DNA of 64,000 nucleotides from Escherichia coli (GCF_016903815.1 NZ_CP069973.1), one strand, 5' to 3'; counted from the stretch's first letter, positions 34,461 to 46,168 are shown. The notes: generated from the letters alone by a model not told the origin. Numbers and translations are program-made.

Positions 34461-35381
34461 CTATTGTGAAGGGAGATCGTGTTGTCGGGGTAAGGCGGTC
34501 ATCGCGCCTTTAGCCGTGGTCGCCAGAGCACCACAAATCTGAGCTTGTACAATGATTCGTTCAAGCTGTCTGGTATTTGTTGGTATTCCAGAATCAGCCA
34601 GACCGGCAAGTAATCCAGCGACAAAAGCATCTCCTGCCCCGGTCGTATCGACGACAGAAACAGGTTTGGCGGGATAGTGGATAAACTGCCCCTGAAAATA
34701 CACAAGTACGCCATTTTTTCCTTGTGTGATAAGCAATAAAGTCAACGAATAACGTTGTACTAATGAATATGCGCCTTGCTGAACCTGGCTTTCGCCACTG
34801 ATGAATAGCAACTCTTCTTCGGACAATTTAGCGATATTCGCCAGCGAAAGTGCGCGATCAAGGTATTTCCTTAATAGCGCTTCACTCTGCCAGAGATCGC
34901 TGCGGATATTGGGATCAAAACTGATGTTTCCGCCAGCCTGACGTATTTTCTCCATAGCCAGAAATGCGGTACTTCGGGAAGGTTCTGCACTGAGCGCAAT
35001 GGAACAAAGATGGAGCCATTCACCCGGCCCAAATGCAGGAAGGCCATCAGGTTGTAAAAAAAGATCGGCACTTGGGCGTACCATAAAGGTAAAGTTTCTT
35101 TCTCCTTGCTCATCAAGTCCTACAGCCACAATTGAGGTGCGATGTTGAGGATCAAGAGACATATAACGTGTATCAACATTTTCTGTACTCAGTGTCTGAT
35201 ACATAAAGCGACCGAAAGGATCATCGCCAACTTTGCCAATAAAGGCACTTTTCCCCCCCAGCCTTGCGATACCGACTGCAACATTAGCAGGCGCCCCGCC
35301 AGGACACTGTAGTAGTCTCCCCTGGCTTTCGGGTAATAAATCAACAACCGCATCACCAAGTACCCATACTCTTGTGCTCAT
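34461..35381 (-). CDS. scrK: fructokinase (PfkB family)
   Basis: PfkB motifs GGAPANVAVG and DTTGAGDAFVAGLL. Confidence 0.85.
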   Translation of the reverse strand: MSTRVWVLGDAVVDLLPESQGRLLQCPGGAPANVAVGIARLGGKSAFIGKVGDDPFGRFMYQTLSTENVDTRYMSLDPQHRTSIVAVGLDEQGERNFTFMVRPSADLFLQPDGLPAFGPGEWLHLCSIALSAEPSRSTAFLAMEKIRQAGGNISFDPNIRSDLWQSEALLRKYLDRALSLANIAKLSEEELLFISGESQVQQGAYSLVQRYSLTLLLITQGKNGVLVYFQGQFIHYPAKPVSVVDTTGAGDAFVAGLLAGLADSGIPTNTRQLERIIVQAQICGALATTAKGAMTALPRQHDLPSQ

Positions 35382-35940
35382 AAAGGCTCCAATATACTAA
35401 TTGCTAAACTAATTAAATCGATTTAGCAATTAAAGCATAAACGCTGCTCAGGAGAGAACAATATTCATCAATAGTTACGTGGTATTTTGTTGTGAGAATA
35501 TGTCGGAAATATGGTAAGTGATGAGATAGTCTTCCCCCACCTTCACGACCGCTTTCAATTGCGCCATAGCGAATAAATTTTAACCACAAAAGTAAGAGAA
35601 AGGCCATGATTGAACAGAAAATTACCGACATCGCTCAGGCTAAAACGAACTTTTATCTTTTCAGTATCAATGCTCGTGGCAATCACGCGGGAAAGATCAA
35701 ACTTTCTCACAACCAACTGCTTAACTGGCTGGTATAACAGCCAAAATGACCGTTGCGATGAAGGCTTGCGGGACATCCCATCACTGCCCACAGGAAATAA
35801 GGGAACTCAACTATGATGTAATATTGCATCCAGCACAACATGTTAAATCTTATCAATGGCGTCAGAAAAATGATTATAACAACGCACAGCAATAGCTGAA
35901 ACCTATCAATATAGAACTATACGACTGGTACCAATAAAAA

Positions 35941-35972
35941 GTCTGGACCTACAGAACGTCCAGGCTTTTTTG
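35941..35972. terminator. bidirectional hairpin terminator
   Basis: aaaagtctggacctacagaacgtccaggcttttttg; plausibly the original terminator of the gene now interrupted by IS3. Confidence 0.45.
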
Positions 35973-36214
35973 AAAATGCATCGGTTGATCTCGATGGAAG
36001 GACACAACTGATAGATCATGTTCTTGGACTTCTTACTGAATACGGCATTGTGTTCAGTAAAAGCGCAACAGAATTACGCCCCAAATTACCGGCATTACTT
36101 GAGGATGCGGCGATGCTGTACCTGCGGATTGGTACATGCCGTCTGAACAATATGGCTCCAGAAAAATGGCTGTGAACCGCCCCGGGTTTCCTGGAGAGTG
36201 TTTTATCTGTGAAC

Positions 36215-37105
36215 TCAGGCTGCCAGATCATCGTTTCCGATGGAAGCATAATAAGCTTTTTCTGCTTCTGCCGGAGGAGTATGGCCCAGCCTTCCCAGCA
36301 ATCGTCGATTGTTATACCAGTCCACCCACGTTAGTGTGGCCAGTTCCACTTCTGCACGGTTTTTCCAGCTCTTACGGTGTATTACCTCCGCTTTGTAAAG
36401 ACCATTGATGCTCTCAGCCATCGCGTTGTCATACGAGTCGCCTGTACTCCCTGTTGATGCCAGTAATCCGGCTTCTTTTAGTCGCTCCGTATAGGCCAGT
36501 GACACATACTGAGAGCCTTTATCGCTGTGATGGATGGTGCCAGACGGACGACGGGCCCACAACGCCTGCTCCAGCGCATCCAGCACGAATGTCGTTTCCA
36601 TAGACGATGAGACCCGCCACCCCACGATGTATCCGGCAAACACATCAATGATAAACGCCACATAGACGAAGCCCTGCCATGTGCTGACGTAAGTAAAATC
36701 AGCCACCCACAGCTGGTCAGGTCGTTCTGCCACGAACTGACGGTTTACGCGGTCGCCTGCGGCAACGGCTTTCCGGCTGATGGTCGTACGGACCTTTTTA
36801 CCCCGGAGAACACCGGCAAGTCCCATAACCGCCATGAGACGTGCCACTGTACATCTGGCCACCCTGATTCCTTCCCGTAACAACTGACGCCAGACTTTAC
36901 GCACACCGTACACCTGATGATTTTCATCGTATACGCGCTGTATCTCTCTCTTCAGCCAGTCGTCGTGCTGCGCACGGGCACTGCGTTTATCCGGATGATG
37001 TCGCTGTTGCTGACAATGGTAATACGTTGACGGGGCAATATGCAGTTCGCTGCATACCGGTCCGACCCCGTACTGCTCACGCAGCTTATCCAGCAGTGGC
37101 ATCAT
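36215..37105 (-). CDS. insF: IS3 transposase OrfB (DDE integrase domain)
   Basis: 296-aa translation recognised as IS3 InsF. Confidence 0.85.
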   Translation of the reverse strand: MMPLLDKLREQYGVGPVCSELHIAPSTYYHCQQQRHHPDKRSARAQHDDWLKREIQRVYDENHQVYGVRKVWRQLLREGIRVARCTVARLMAVMGLAGVLRGKKVRTTISRKAVAAGDRVNRQFVAERPDQLWVADFTYVSTWQGFVYVAFIIDVFAGYIVGWRVSSSMETTFVLDALEQALWARRPSGTIHHSDKGSQYVSLAYTERLKEAGLLASTGSTGDSYDNAMAESINGLYKAEVIHRKSWKNRAEVELATLTWVDWYNNRRLLGRLGHTPPAEAEKAYYASIGNDDLAA

Positions 37106-37428
37106 TTTTTCCAGAGGCGGTCGAACTCCGCCTTCGCAAAATAAGCGGAAGCCTGGCGAAGGATATCGTTACTGCGGCGCAGTTCACGATTTTCACGTTC
37201 CAGCTCTTTCAGACGCTGACGTTCAGCGCTGGTGAGCCCACCATCACCGCCCCCGGTATCCCGCTCATGCTGGCGAACCCAGACACGCAGAGTCTCCGGC
37301 GTACAGCCAATCTTTGGAGCAATGGAACAAATTGCCGCCCACTGTGAGTCATATTCATCCTGACTTTCCAGAACCATACGAATCGCCCGCTGACGGACTT
37401 CGGGGGAAAAACGAGTATTTTTAGTCAT
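37102..37428 (-). CDS. insE: IS3 transposase OrfA (HTH)
   Basis: 108-aa translation [20 protein letters not shown]... recognised as IS3 InsE. Confidence 0.85.
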   Translation of the reverse strand: MTKNTRFSPEVRQRAIRMVLESQDEYDSQWAAICSIAPKIGCTPETLRVWVRQHERDTGGGDGGLTSAERQRLKELERENRELRRSNDILRQASAYFAKAEFDRLWKK

Positions 37429-37453
37429 CCTGTTTACCTCTTTCTCAGGGAGT

Positions 37454-40400
37454 TTAGTCTCCAGGATTTCCGGGGCGGTTCAGCTGTTCATTAAAACGTT
37501 GTCCAGGCTGATCATAAAGTGCGCGTAATGTCTCCGCGGATGGCCGCGGTTGCATTTGCTGCATGCAGGGTTTCTGGTGGTAATCAAAATACTGTGGCAG
37601 ATGCTGGATCTCTGCTTTGTTTTCAATTACCCGTTGAAGGGCTCTTTGACGCAACTCTCTTGATGATTTGTCACGGATCGATTCCAATTGTAGCTGGCTG
37701 CCGCTACTAATTCGCTTACGAGCAGCATCAAAATCAAAGCGAATAGCCAATAGACTCGGCGTAGTCTCACTTAGCTGCAATTCCCCTAATTGCACTGATT
37801 CACGCTTATCTTTAATATAAACAATGATCTTATCATCAAGTTCAAAGCTGAGGTCAGCACCGGATTCCGTAGTATATGGGTAGAGTAAGCAACCACTCGG
37901 TGATTCCTGAAAGTCAGTAGAGTCGATGTTGACTATATCTCGTAGGTCTACTTCTGTATCAGATAATGCCTGCCATAACTCAATTGGGCTTGACTCACTA
38001 CTATCGAAGTCATCTTCATCCATCTCTTGATTAGGATTAGCTCGCTCAATGATGGCATCAATTACTGGCTCGAGGTTAAACAGTAGTTCAATAAAAGTAT
38101 TACGCTGATTAAGTGAGCCACGTTGTAATGAAAGTTGAGTATTAATTTTAGCCTGGGAATATTTACCAGCCTTTATACTTTCTTCGATCGATAATCCTTT
38201 TTCATACACTATTCTATTAATAGTGCGATTATCAGGATCTAAGTCTATCAATAGCCGCTCTCCTAGGCCAGTGATGTAACAACGCAATTCATGCGCAAAG
38301 CGTGGGTTAGATGACCAGTTACATTGAAAATAATAGATCCCATCATTTTGTTCTAGAAGCTTCACTTCTTGCGGCCAATCATCTGTGCCCCAGCAAACAG
38401 GAATTACCTTATCCTGTGACTCAGACGCCACAACTTGATTAATCTCAGCTTGTTCCGGTGCTCGAATTGACTGCAGCAAAGGATCGAGCGCGATAGGTAT
38501 ACCGTCAACGGTTTGTTTTGCGCGTTCTAGCTCAGCCTGCACCAGTACTGGCATATCTTCACTAAATAGCTCCTCCACCATACGATATACTGCAAAGCAA
38601 TCTCGCCCAAAAGCATCAGTACTTTCGGGATTCTCTGGCTGGTAGCGATTATCTGCAGTTAATTCATCACTGAATTCAAGCAATCCAATCAGAGTAATTA
38701 CTGTCTGCTCCCCGACTTGTACCAGCAGTTTCTCTGGGCAAAGATCTCCATGAGGTAACTGCTTTTCATGAAAAGCATGAATGGTGTTGATCAACTTTTC
38801 CGCAATTGTAAAACGTTGGGATTGTACTAACACGTTCTCAGCAATAAACTGTGACCACGGTAGGCCATCCACATACTCGCTCACTACATACAAGCCGCCT
38901 TGTCCTAATAGTCCATAGGACTGCACCTTAGGAGTTGGCAGATTTATATGCGTAAGCTTATCGATCCGTTGCTTAAAAGCGTGGATACGGCGGTTAACAC
39001 CAGGTTGTTGAGGGGTCAAAATAACACCATCCCACAATTTTACCTGCAGAGCTTTCCCACCTTGTTCACAGTGATAACTGATGCTGCCAGTCGTAGCAAT
39101 AGCAGCAAGAGCAGAGTAAACCATAGACAACTGTTCAGGAAGTGGAGGAAACTCAATTAACACACCAACGCTGTTCATCCCTTCGCGAAAGAATTTGTTT
39201 TGCTTTAATTCTTGATAAATCTGGTTAGCTTCATCAAATTCTTGGCTATGTTCCTTAGTAGCTGCATTAAACTCATTGAGCATTATGTCCGCACGTGGAA
39301 AGCGTTTACTTGGCTCAAGGTTAAGAGCTTGCTCAAACCAGCTATTTAGAATACCGCTAAAAGGATCAGTTAATGGAGCTCTCCATTCAGGCATCTGTCC
39401 AGGAGTCAGTAATGATTCACCTGCAAAACAAATACGATAAGCAATTACAGCCAACATGAATACATCTAGGCGATAGGGCTCAACTGCTTCTTCAAAAGCA
39501 TCTTCGGGCAAAATATATGGAGCACTTTGCAATGTCGGACGCAATGACTCTAGGCTATTATGTCCCTCCAGTGAGGCTGCGCCAAAGCCAGTAACGACAA
39601 TGCTCTTCTGATCCCCTGCGTACCATAGATTGTGCGGGTCAATATCACAATGACTGATACCCAAGCTATGTAATTCCGAGAATGGAGCTAATAATGCACG
39701 AACGCGATCAATACGCTCAGATTTACTCCATCCGTCAGCTTCGCTATCTAGAATCTCATCTAATCGGCTAAAACTACGGCGTAACTCATACAGCTCACGG
39801 GCATCATCAGTTATATCCTCCTCGGATAGTTCCCTTACAGCACGCAACATATAATCCTGCATAGTTGCGCTGCCATGACGAACTAGGCGACCGACTCGAG
39901 TCTCACGCAGAGCTATCTCAGCCCACAATGTTTGCATTGCGTTTGCTACACCCAAGGCATCAAAGTTCCACTGCCGTAGCAGACCTCTGTGTTGACTATT
40001 GTCTTTGTGGGTAGCCCTGAATTCGTTGTAGACCATGTGAGGGTGACTAAAGAATGGCTTATCGTTCGCAAGATAACCGCTTTCTTTTAGTGGCAAAGGC
40101 CTGACTTTTGGTCCTTCAAAGAAGGACTTAATTATAGGTAATGCCTCATCAGAATTTGGTCGAGGCTTTCCCCCTTCAAAAAGATGAAAAAAGTTAGTGT
40201 GTTGCACCAGCTTTTCGTAATTTTTTGGGTTACCTATAGTCAAGAATTCATCACGGGTATGAACATAGCGCCTCTCACTTAATGGCAAGTTTTCAGGACC
40301 AGCTGTGCCACACAGCACTACATGAGCCTCAACATGCAAAAAGTAACCCAGCTTACGAGATAACTCTTCCTGCAACAAATCTTTTAGTCGCAGTGCATGC

Positions 40401-40678
40401 TCACGCTTGATCTGATAGGGACTTTTGCCTCGTGACTTACCATTTTGCAGCCACTTCCCCCCTTCAAATGTGATGTTACCATTCCACTCTTTAAGCTCGA
40501 CTAATAGCAGACGGTCAGCAGTAATAATTAGCATATCGATTTCCATCGACCCTTGGCTATCAGTAACAACTAAGCCAGCATAGCCAAACCAACTATCTGG
40601 TAACTGCTTAACCATCATATCAACTGTTTTGGTTTCGCTGCGGTGCAGGCCAGCACCACCTACTATCTGATACTTCAC
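37454..40678 (-). CDS. 1074-aa protein with N-terminal NERD-like nuclease domain and two protein-kinase-like regions; 3' end runs into IS3
   Basis: NERD-like motif [21 protein letters not shown]; kinase catalytic-loop-like motifs [10 protein letters not shown] and [10 protein letters not shown]; last about 9 codons and stop lie inside the IS3 inverted repeat. Confidence 0.7.
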   Translation of the reverse strand: MKYQIVGGAGLHRSETKTVDMMVKQLPDSWFGYAGLVVTDSQGSMEIDMLIITADRLLLVELKEWNGNITFEGGKWLQNGKSRGKSPYQIKREHALRLKDLLQEELSRKLGYFLHVEAHVVLCGTAGPENLPLSERRYVHTRDEFLTIGNPKNYEKLVQHTNFFHLFEGGKPRPNSDEALPIIKSFFEGPKVRPLPLKESGYLANDKPFFSHPHMVYNEFRATHKDNSQHRGLLRQWNFDALGVANAMQTLWAEIALRETRVGRLVRHGSATMQDYMLRAVRELSEEDITDDARELYELRRSFSRLDEILDSEADGWSKSERIDRVRALLAPFSELHSLGISHCDIDPHNLWYAGDQKSIVVTGFGAASLEGHNSLESLRPTLQSAPYILPEDAFEEAVEPYRLDVFMLAVIAYRICFAGESLLTPGQMPEWRAPLTDPFSGILNSWFEQALNLEPSKRFPRADIMLNEFNAATKEHSQEFDEANQIYQELKQNKFFREGMNSVGVLIEFPPLPEQLSMVYSALAAIATTGSISYHCEQGGKALQVKLWDGVILTPQQPGVNRRIHAFKQRIDKLTHINLPTPKVQSYGLLGQGGLYVVSEYVDGLPWSQFIAENVLVQSQRFTIAEKLINTIHAFHEKQLPHGDLCPEKLLVQVGEQTVITLIGLLEFSDELTADNRYQPENPESTDAFGRDCFAVYRMVEELFSEDMPVLVQAELERAKQTVDGIPIALDPLLQSIRAPEQAEINQVVASESQDKVIPVCWGTDDWPQEVKLLEQNDGIYYFQCNWSSNPRFAHELRCYITGLGERLLIDLDPDNRTINRIVYEKGLSIEESIKAGKYSQAKINTQLSLQRGSLNQRNTFIELLFNLEPVIDAIIERANPNQEMDEDDFDSSESSPIELWQALSDTEVDLRDIVNIDSTDFQESPSGCLLYPYTTESGADLSFELDDKIIVYIKDKRESVQLGELQLSETTPSLLAIRFDFDAARKRISSGSQLQLESIRDKSSRELRQRALQRVIENKAEIQHLPQYFDYHQKPCMQQMQPRPSAETLRALYDQPGQRFNEQLNRPGNPGD

Positions 40679-40885
40679 GTTTTCTCCTGCACCACTAAAT
40701 TTTTGTTGGTGGTAGTCCAGTAAAAATGGATGTAGTTATCTAAGACAGCGCATAGATTGTGCCTGCCTAACCCTAAAAAGTGTAATTATGAAAAGTAACG
40801 CTAGAAATTCTATACCGTTCGCAAAGAGAACACTTTTCAAAGATATATCATCATCTTGAACATGTCACTATAATGGTGAATCCAT

Positions 40886-41042
40886 AAGATGCGAACACCA
40901 CATCTTGTGCCACTCAGCAAACAGGCTGTAGCCATACTGATAAAACTTCAGACATGGGCAGTTGAAAATGGTCTGGTCTTTACGGGAGCACATGACCCGC
41001 GTAAACCAATCAGCGAAAACACCGTAAATAAGGCCCTTAGGT
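40886..41042 (+). pseudogene. integrase gene fragment (about 157 bp copy of 19903-20060)
   Basis: Near-identical by eye to the internal segment of the integrase at 19075-20337. Confidence 0.7.
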
Positions 41043-41145
41043 GCCCTTGAACCACTATATCCAGACAGCCGTTGAGCTTAAGTTAACGTTACCGAGTGAC
41101 GTTGATATTCCCTCGGTGAGAGATAACCAAGGCACCATGAGGATG

Positions 41146-41773
41146 CTATTCGTTATAGTGTTCGAACGCCTCCGCAAGGTTTTTTACTGCCGTTAACACG
41201 TCCGGTTTAGGTATGATACTGATGTAATCGCTCTTCATCGTTTTCACGAACCGTTCTCTCATTCCATTACTCTGAGGGCTACTGACTGCCGTCGTGCAGA
41301 GCTCCAGATTCAACTCTCTGGCGAACTGCCGTGTTTCATGAGTTGTATAAGCCGAACCGTTATCGGTCAGCCACTGGATGGGCCATCCCGGTCTATCGCC
41401 AAAGCGTTTTTCTATCGCTCCTGACATGACATCCTGCACCGTTGCTTTGCCATAACCTCCCGTGCTTGCGGCCCAGTCTATGGATTCAAGATCGCAACAG
41501 TCCAGTGCGAACGTGACACGCAGTTTTTCGTCATCATCACAACCGAACTCAAAGCCATCGGCACACCAGCGCGGGTCGCTTTCCTTCACCGATATTCGGG
41601 CCTTTATGTTCCCTCTGCGGTCGTGAAGGTTTGTCATGTAATAACAACAGGTTATTCTCGCTCATTATTCGATAAACGCGATTTGCATTCACGAACTGCA
41701 GTCCTTCGTTAAGACTGCCGTCTGAGAATAGCCCGGACACGACGATAGCCATCGAATCGCTGAACAGCGTCAT
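41146..41773 (-). pseudogene. IS2-like (IS3 family) transposase OrfB remnant, frameshifted
   Basis: Translation resembles IS2 InsD ([32 protein letters not shown]...AEAFEHYNE); split over two frames. Confidence 0.6.
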
Positions 41774-41879
41774 TCGGCAGGCGATAAAGAAGGTGTCGTT
41801 ACGGGGAAGTCATCTTCACAGAGATTTTCAGTCAGTTAGCATTACCGACATTCATTCACCAACTTACCGGAGATAATCA

Positions 41880-42209
41880 ATGTCAAAACCCCGATGGACC
41901 ATTGAACAGAAAAGGCAGCACGTTGCTGCCTGGCGCGCCAGTGGTCTTACACGTCAGCAATACTGTGAACTCAACGATATTCCCTTCACATCACTTCGCG
42001 AATGGCCGCAGGATGTCGCAAAAGCTGAACGCCGGGCAAATGAACCGACCGTTCTTCCCGTTCATATTGCGCCACCACTGCATGCTGATGTACCACAGCC
42101 CGTCACGAATGAGCCAGTCACGCTCTTCCTTCCCGGCGGAGTACGGATGTGCTGTCAGCCGTCACAACTTACCGATGTCTTCAGGGCGCTCAAATATGCT
42201 CAGTCCTGA
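41880..42209 (+). CDS. IS66-family accessory protein Orf1 (TnpA)
   Basis: Small HTH-like ORF preceding the IS66 Orf2-like gene. Confidence 0.55.
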   Translation: MSKPRWTIEQKRQHVAAWRASGLTRQQYCELNDIPFTSLREWPQDVAKAERRANEPTVLPVHIAPPLHADVPQPVTNEPVTLFLPGGVRMCCQPSQLTDVFRALKYAQS

Positions 42210-42588
42210 TAATGTCTTCATCGCGATTAAACCTGTTGACATGCGCCGGGGCATCGACACACTGACGCAGTATATACAGGATGAACTCCGGTCGACATGG
42301 CATGAGGGAGCCGCCTTCGTCTTTGTTAACAAAGTCCGTTCGCGTATCAAAGTTCTCCGGTGGGATAAACACGGGGTGTGGTTGTGTACCCGCCGTCTGC
42401 ACAAAGGCAGCTTCCGCTGGCCACGTGCAAATGATGCTGCCTGGCACCTAACTCCCGACGAGTTTAACTGGCTGATTGCCGGTGTTGACTGGCAGCAGGT
42501 TAAGGGACATGACCTGACGAAATGGGGCTGGCAGAATGAACCTGAACTGCGCCCTGAAAACACGCAAAATACACTGCTAACTCAGTGA
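42196..42588 (+). CDS. IS66-family Orf2 (TnpB)
   Basis: Translation MLSPDNVFIAIKPVDMRRGIDTL...RLHKGSFRWP typical of IS66 Orf2. Confidence 0.7.
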   Translation: MLSPDNVFIAIKPVDMRRGIDTLTQYIQDELRSTWHEGAAFVFVNKVRSRIKVLRWDKHGVWLCTRRLHKGSFRWPRANDAAWHLTPDEFNWLIAGVDWQQVKGHDLTKWGWQNEPELRPENTQNTLLTQ

Positions 42589-42594
42589 AAAATA

Positions 42595-43480
42595 ATGAAT
42601 ATCCGTATCTGGAGTGGTATACTCCCCTGTATGGATATCTCCGCTCTCAACACCACGAATGACATCGAAAAACTGCGTGCTATGGCACTTACCATGGTAC
42701 AAAAAGTCATGTCGGAGAATGCCGAAAAAGAGCGGGAATTACTGGAGAAAAGCCGGCGCATCCAGCTTCTGGAAGAAATGCTGAAACTGGTTCGTCAACA
42801 GCGCTTCGGTAAAAAATGTGAAACGCTGGCTGGTATGCAACGCTCCCTGTTCGAAGAGGATGTTGATGTCGATATCGCCGCGCTTACCGCACATCTGGAT
42901 AAACTGCTCCCGCAATCCCCTGAAGAAGACGAAAAAGCGTCCCGTTCACGCCCGATACGCAAACCCTTACCGGCTCATCTTCCACGGGTGGAAAAAATTA
43001 TCCAGCCGGACACTGACCATTGCCCTGAATGTGACGAGCCGCTGCACTATATCCGTGATGCGGTGAGTGAAAAGCTGGAGTATATTCCCGTTCACTTCGT
43101 GGTGAACCGTTATGTCCGTCCGCAATACAGTTGTTCCTGTTGCCAGAAGGTGTTCAGCGGTGAAATGCCGGCACATATCCTCCCGAAAAGTGCCGTTGAG
43201 CCATCAGTCATCGCACAGGTGATCATCAATAAATACGGTGACCACCTGCCTCTGTATCGCCAGCAACAGGTCTTTGCCCGTTCAGTGTCGGGCTGCCCGT
43301 CAGTTCGATGGCTGACATGGTTGGCGCGGCGGGTGCCGCATTATCTCCCCTGGCGGCGTTACTCCATCGCGAGTTGATAAACCGTCCGGTGGTGCATGCA
43401 GATGAGACTACCCTGAAGATCCTGAACACTAAGAAAGGCGGTAAATCCTGCTCCGGTTATCTGTGGGCAACCAGCCTTCC
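42595..43480 (+). pseudogene. IS66-family transposase (TnpC), frameshifted and 3'-truncated
   Basis: Zn-ribbon CPECDEPL ... CSCCQKV, then HADETTLKILN in another frame; homology ends near 43480. Confidence 0.65.
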
Positions 43481-44274
43481 GCCTCGTCCGGATCCGCTGT
43501 TTCCAGTGTCATCAGGAGCCGGCTGCATGCTTCCCCTGCCGTTTTACCCAGCGTGGCCCGCTGCGAAAGACGGATGCGGTTTCCGGCACCCAGCCCACTG
43601 CGGTTATCGATATGGACCTTAACCGGATCGGGTTCGGTGATAAGTGCGCGGGTATCCGGTGCCAGCAGACTCACCAGAGCCCGGATGCCTTCAGCATTGC
43701 GGGTGGGTAATCGCATGGCACCCAGTAAGGCCAGGAAACGGGAAACCGGCGTTGCCACCTGTTCAGCGGTGCCGGGTATACCGAGTCCGACCAGTCCCAG
43801 CAGACACTGCGATGTGGCATCGCGCCCCCCCTCCTCGAAAGTGGCCGGATACGCATATTTTCGCCAGATCCGGTAGTACTGGGTGGTGATGCGGTGGCTG
43901 AAAATATCCAGAAATGAGGTGAGCGCCTCATGTCCTTCACGGCGCTGCGCAATATCATCCAGCCAGGACGTCGGCAGAGGTGAGTCCACCCCATACATTC
44001 CGAGAAATGTCGTGCGGATCGTTGGGGGTAATGTCGGACGGTCTTCGTCGATCTCCACCGCTTTCAGGGTGCTGACCGGGAATCCCATCCCGGGCCAGGG
44101 CCTGAATCGCACCGGGTCATCGCCCGGATGGCTGGTCGTGCCCAGTTTTGGCCCGTCCGGATTTTCCAGCTCCAGCAGCTGGCAGAAACGATAAAAACTG
44201 GCCCGCCAGATATCGTTGTTAAGGGCCAGGGCCTGCGTCAGCCCGGTACGTGCTGGCTGTGATTCTCTTTTCAT
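43429..44274 (-). CDS. tssG: type VI secretion baseplate protein TssG, C-terminally truncated
   Basis: N-terminal FYRFCQLLELE...DPVRFRPWPGMGFPVS pattern of TssG; abuts IS66 remnant. Confidence 0.6.
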   Translation of the reverse strand: MKRESQPARTGLTQALALNNDIWRASFYRFCQLLELENPDGPKLGTTSHPGDDPVRFRPWPGMGFPVSTLKAVEIDEDRPTLPPTIRTTFLGMYGVDSPLPTSWLDDIAQRREGHEALTSFLDIFSHRITTQYYRIWRKYAYPATFEEGGRDATSQCLLGLVGLGIPGTAEQVATPVSRFLALLGAMRLPTRNAEGIRALVSLLAPDTRALITEPDPVKVHIDNRSGLGAGNRIRLSQRATLGKTAGEACSRLLMTLETADPDEAEGWLPTDNRSRIYRLS

Positions 44275-45929
44275 CTCAGTCGTTTCCCTGTGGGTTGCAG
44301 TACCAGTGTGAGCTGGTTGAAAAGGTGAACATCAGCATAGAGCGCAAAGAAACGGTGCAGCATCTCCCCGAAGAGATTCACATCGCCCTCGCCGGCAAAA
44401 TTATCCATATTCAGCGTGACCTCAATGTCCACGCCACGGAGCATAAAGCCCTTTTCAAAACGGCGGATCAGGGTGTGCTTCACAGCAACGATGGCTTCAA
44501 GCCGGCGGCGGTTCATTTCATCGTCGGTCCAGTCATAGAGCGCCAGCGTCCCCCGCAGCACCTCCGGATTGTCCATCATGCTGAGAAAGTTTGATCCGAG
44601 GTGACTCATCACCCGCCAGTGAAACCGGTCATTTGCCGGGGGATACAGTGGCATCGTCGGTGCGGTCAGGTTCAGGACTCTGACGGGGACTTTGCCGGTT
44701 TTGACCACCCTGTCCAGGAGCGTACTTTCCAGCGCCCTGCGCGGAAGCTGCCCGTTGGTCGCGGTGATTCGCATCGAGAGGGACTCCGGTTTATCGGACA
44801 ACTGCTCCAGCTCGAACGAACGCCCCCCGAGAACTAACCATGTGTCATACAGGCCGGAGGGTCCCCGTTTCACACGGGTGTGGTAATAACGTTCAGGAGC
44901 ATCGTGGCGCATCATACCGCCCCGGTGCCGGAAGCTGGTGAACGGGACATAAGGGTGTCTGCCGTTCTTCACCGAGCCGTGAATGTTATCGACGCTGTAA
45001 ATTTCGGTGTGACCATCCTGAAGACGCAGCGGCCTGAGCAGGTACTCGTTATCCAGCGGGTTAAGGATCAGCGGGTCGGCTTCCAGGGTAAAGAGATTGA
45101 TAACCGGCGCACAGTGCAGGCGGAAGTTTTCTGTCTCAAAAGGCAAACCGGATGACCAGGCTTCACTGAGCACAATGTCGATTTCAAACCAGGTACTGGC
45201 CGCAGTGAGCCCAATGGTGTCGAGGCCGCGCAGTTCAACAAACATAAACTTCGGACGGAAGCTGAAATACTCCAGCAGCAACTGGTAACCACTGAAGGCT
45301 GTATCAGCTTTCTTCCACAGGCAGTCATTGTCGTCAAAGCCCATGGGTCTGCACCAGCCGTCAAACTGACGACGTCCGGTATATGTCCCGGCATGACGCG
45401 CATACATGGCATGTACACGCCGGGTCATTGCCAGATGTAGCGCAGCACTTACCGGCGCCTCTGCGTTAAGAAAAATGGCGACTTTGTCGATCCCGGCTTT
45501 ACTCCAGTCCACTTTTTCAGGGCATTCGAAGCGCAGACGGATAGCAGAGCGGCCATCGGATTCAGTATGGAGACGGGCATCTGCAAGGTGCAGCGGTTGT
45601 AGCAACACATCGCGGGTCGCCCGGTACTGGCAGGCGGTTTTATGCGGCCCGACAGGACGGGACAGAACGGAAAAGCCTTCAGCCAGTATTTCGGCCTGAC
45701 GCAGACTACGCCAGTCAGGCGAGAACTCAACGATGGCCAGCGACGGGATAGTCCGCATATAGTGCGGCCACAGCAGACTCACCAGACCTTCGGTGAGCTC
45801 CGGCAGGTCATCATCCAGCTTTTCACGCAAACGTCCCATCAGGAAGGCAAAGCCTTCAAACAGACGTTCCACACTGGGATCGCAGGCACCAGGCTTATCC
45901 AGATTCAGCATTGCTGACGTAATCCACAT
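44271..45929 (-). CDS. tssF: type VI secretion baseplate protein TssF (N-terminus possibly frameshifted)
   Basis: VERLFEGFAFLMGRLREKLDDDLPELTEGLVSLLWPHYMRTIPSLAIVEF pattern of TssF; upstream 73-aa ORF is in a different frame. Confidence 0.6.
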   Translation of the reverse strand: MWITSAMLNLDKPGACDPSVERLFEGFAFLMGRLREKLDDDLPELTEGLVSLLWPHYMRTIPSLAIVEFSPDWRSLRQAEILAEGFSVLSRPVGPHKTACQYRATRDVLLQPLHLADARLHTESDGRSAIRLRFECPEKVDWSKAGIDKVAIFLNAEAPVSAALHLAMTRRVHAMYARHAGTYTGRRQFDGWCRPMGFDDNDCLWKKADTAFSGYQLLLEYFSFRPKFMFVELRGLDTIGLTAASTWFEIDIVLSEAWSSGLPFETENFRLHCAPVINLFTLEADPLILNPLDNEYLLRPLRLQDGHTEIYSVDNIHGSVKNGRHPYVPFTSFRHRGGMMRHDAPERYYHTRVKRGPSGLYDTWLVLGGRSFELEQLSDKPESLSMRITATNGQLPRRALESTLLDRVVKTGKVPVRVLNLTAPTMPLYPPANDRFHWRVMSHLGSNFLSMMDNPEVLRGTLALYDWTDDEMNRRRLEAIVAVKHTLIRRFEKGFMLRGVDIEVTLNMDNFAGEGDVNLFGEMLHRFFALYADVHLFNQLTLVLQPTGKRLR

Positions 45930-46168
45930 TCAACAGTGCAATACGCAACCGTTCTTCCGGCCCTGCCTCTGTCTGCCGGCACTCATCCAGGACATCCTGC
46001 CATTGCCGGCGAAGACGGGGCGATTCATTCAGTTCTGTAAAACAGTATTTATCCGCCAGATAATCAATTCGTGTACGCATACTGAAAAGAATTCCGTATA
46101 AAGATTCAGCAGACAAAACTTTATCAGTCTGTAAAAATTAACGGAAGAGTCGATATTTCTCCCGGTCA

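Larger units (their letters stand above)
36173..37482 (-). mobile_element. IS3 insertion sequence
   Basis: Terminal inverted repeats TGAACCGCCCCGGGTTTCCTGGAGAGTG / TGAACCGCCCCGGAAATCCTGGAGACTAA seen at both ends; orfA/orfB arrangement; short flanking duplication gctg. Confidence 0.85.

Noticed and set aside
36016-36249. 77-aa minus-strand ORF crossing the IS3 boundary
   Set aside because: Chimeric frame spanning IS3 terminus and flank; more likely the displaced 3' end of the interrupted NERD/kinase gene than an independent gene
45895-46116. 73-aa ORF upstream of tssF as an independent gene such as tssE
   Set aside because: Too short for TssE and no lysozyme-like motif; more likely the frameshifted 5' end of tssF or a remnant
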